DNA of 64,000 nucleotides. It comes from Octopus sinensis (lineage: Eukaryota). How positions within the stretch are numbered: the first letter of the stretch is position 1; each line of letters begins with the position of its first letter. Under the pieces are notes generated by a model. The model was given only the letters and a program-made list of their open reading frames with translations, was not told the DNA's origin and made no database searches. Below, in pieces: positions 63,772 to 64,000 of the stretch. The stretch lies in contig NC_042998.1 in assembly GCF_006345805.1 (NCBI RefSeq), positions 199,268,001 to 199,332,000 on the forward strand, read 5' to 3'. Position numbers and translations under genes: made by a program.

Positions 63772-64000
63772 TCTTTATATATAAAAGTGAGGTTGTGTGC
63801 TGTCTGTCTCCTACGATTTAGATTCCTAACTACTCCCACATTTTGCGGTGCAGTTTAACCAAAACCGGGTATCTTATAGTCGTGATTCAAATCGAGCCCT
63901 TCTGGGTATTAGCGCGCGTCTACGATGAGTCTACGATTTAAAAACAAAATTACCATAAATTTTTCCCATTTTTAATGCATTTTTGGCATATATAAGGGAA
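63772..64000 (+). mobile_element. Non-autonomous Helitron, runs off the window end
   Basis: Near-identical to 61754-61985. Confidence 0.88.

Overview
AT-rich, repeat-saturated animal genomic DNA, most consistent with an octopus (coleoid cephalopod) genome. That assignment is inferred from the tRNA-derived SINE families and the very heavy (CATA)n/(TA)n/(AAT)n load. No complete host gene is supportable: nearly all long ORFs in the track are microsatellite translations, and only two weak orphan exon candidates exist (minus strand, ~1.6-1.8 kb and ~53.2-53.6 kb). Contents: dozens of SINEs from at least 4-5 families, including recurrent head-to-tail dimers; at least 11 pieces of a restriction-like-endonuclease (R4/Dong-like) LINE, all on + and almost all inside (AAT)n tracts; Tc1/mariner, hAT-like and Chapaev-like relics; non-autonomous Helitrons; a TIR MITE carrying TTAGGG repeats; a Penelope-like RT fragment; and a Tx1/L1-like ORF1 fragment. 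Most interesting: (1) minimal type-I hammerhead-ribozyme-like motifs with covarying stems in two short repeat families, one next to a Penelope RT fragment; (2) a 2.8-kb fold-back made of near-identical ~487-bp tandem units inserted in a (TA)n tract (real foldback element or long-read artefact); (3) an (AAT)n-targeted LINE/SINE system that piles up on its own tails; (4) many long hairpins and palindromes, including a SINE fold-back whose arms share private variants. Boundaries were read by eye and are approximate unless a TSD is quoted.
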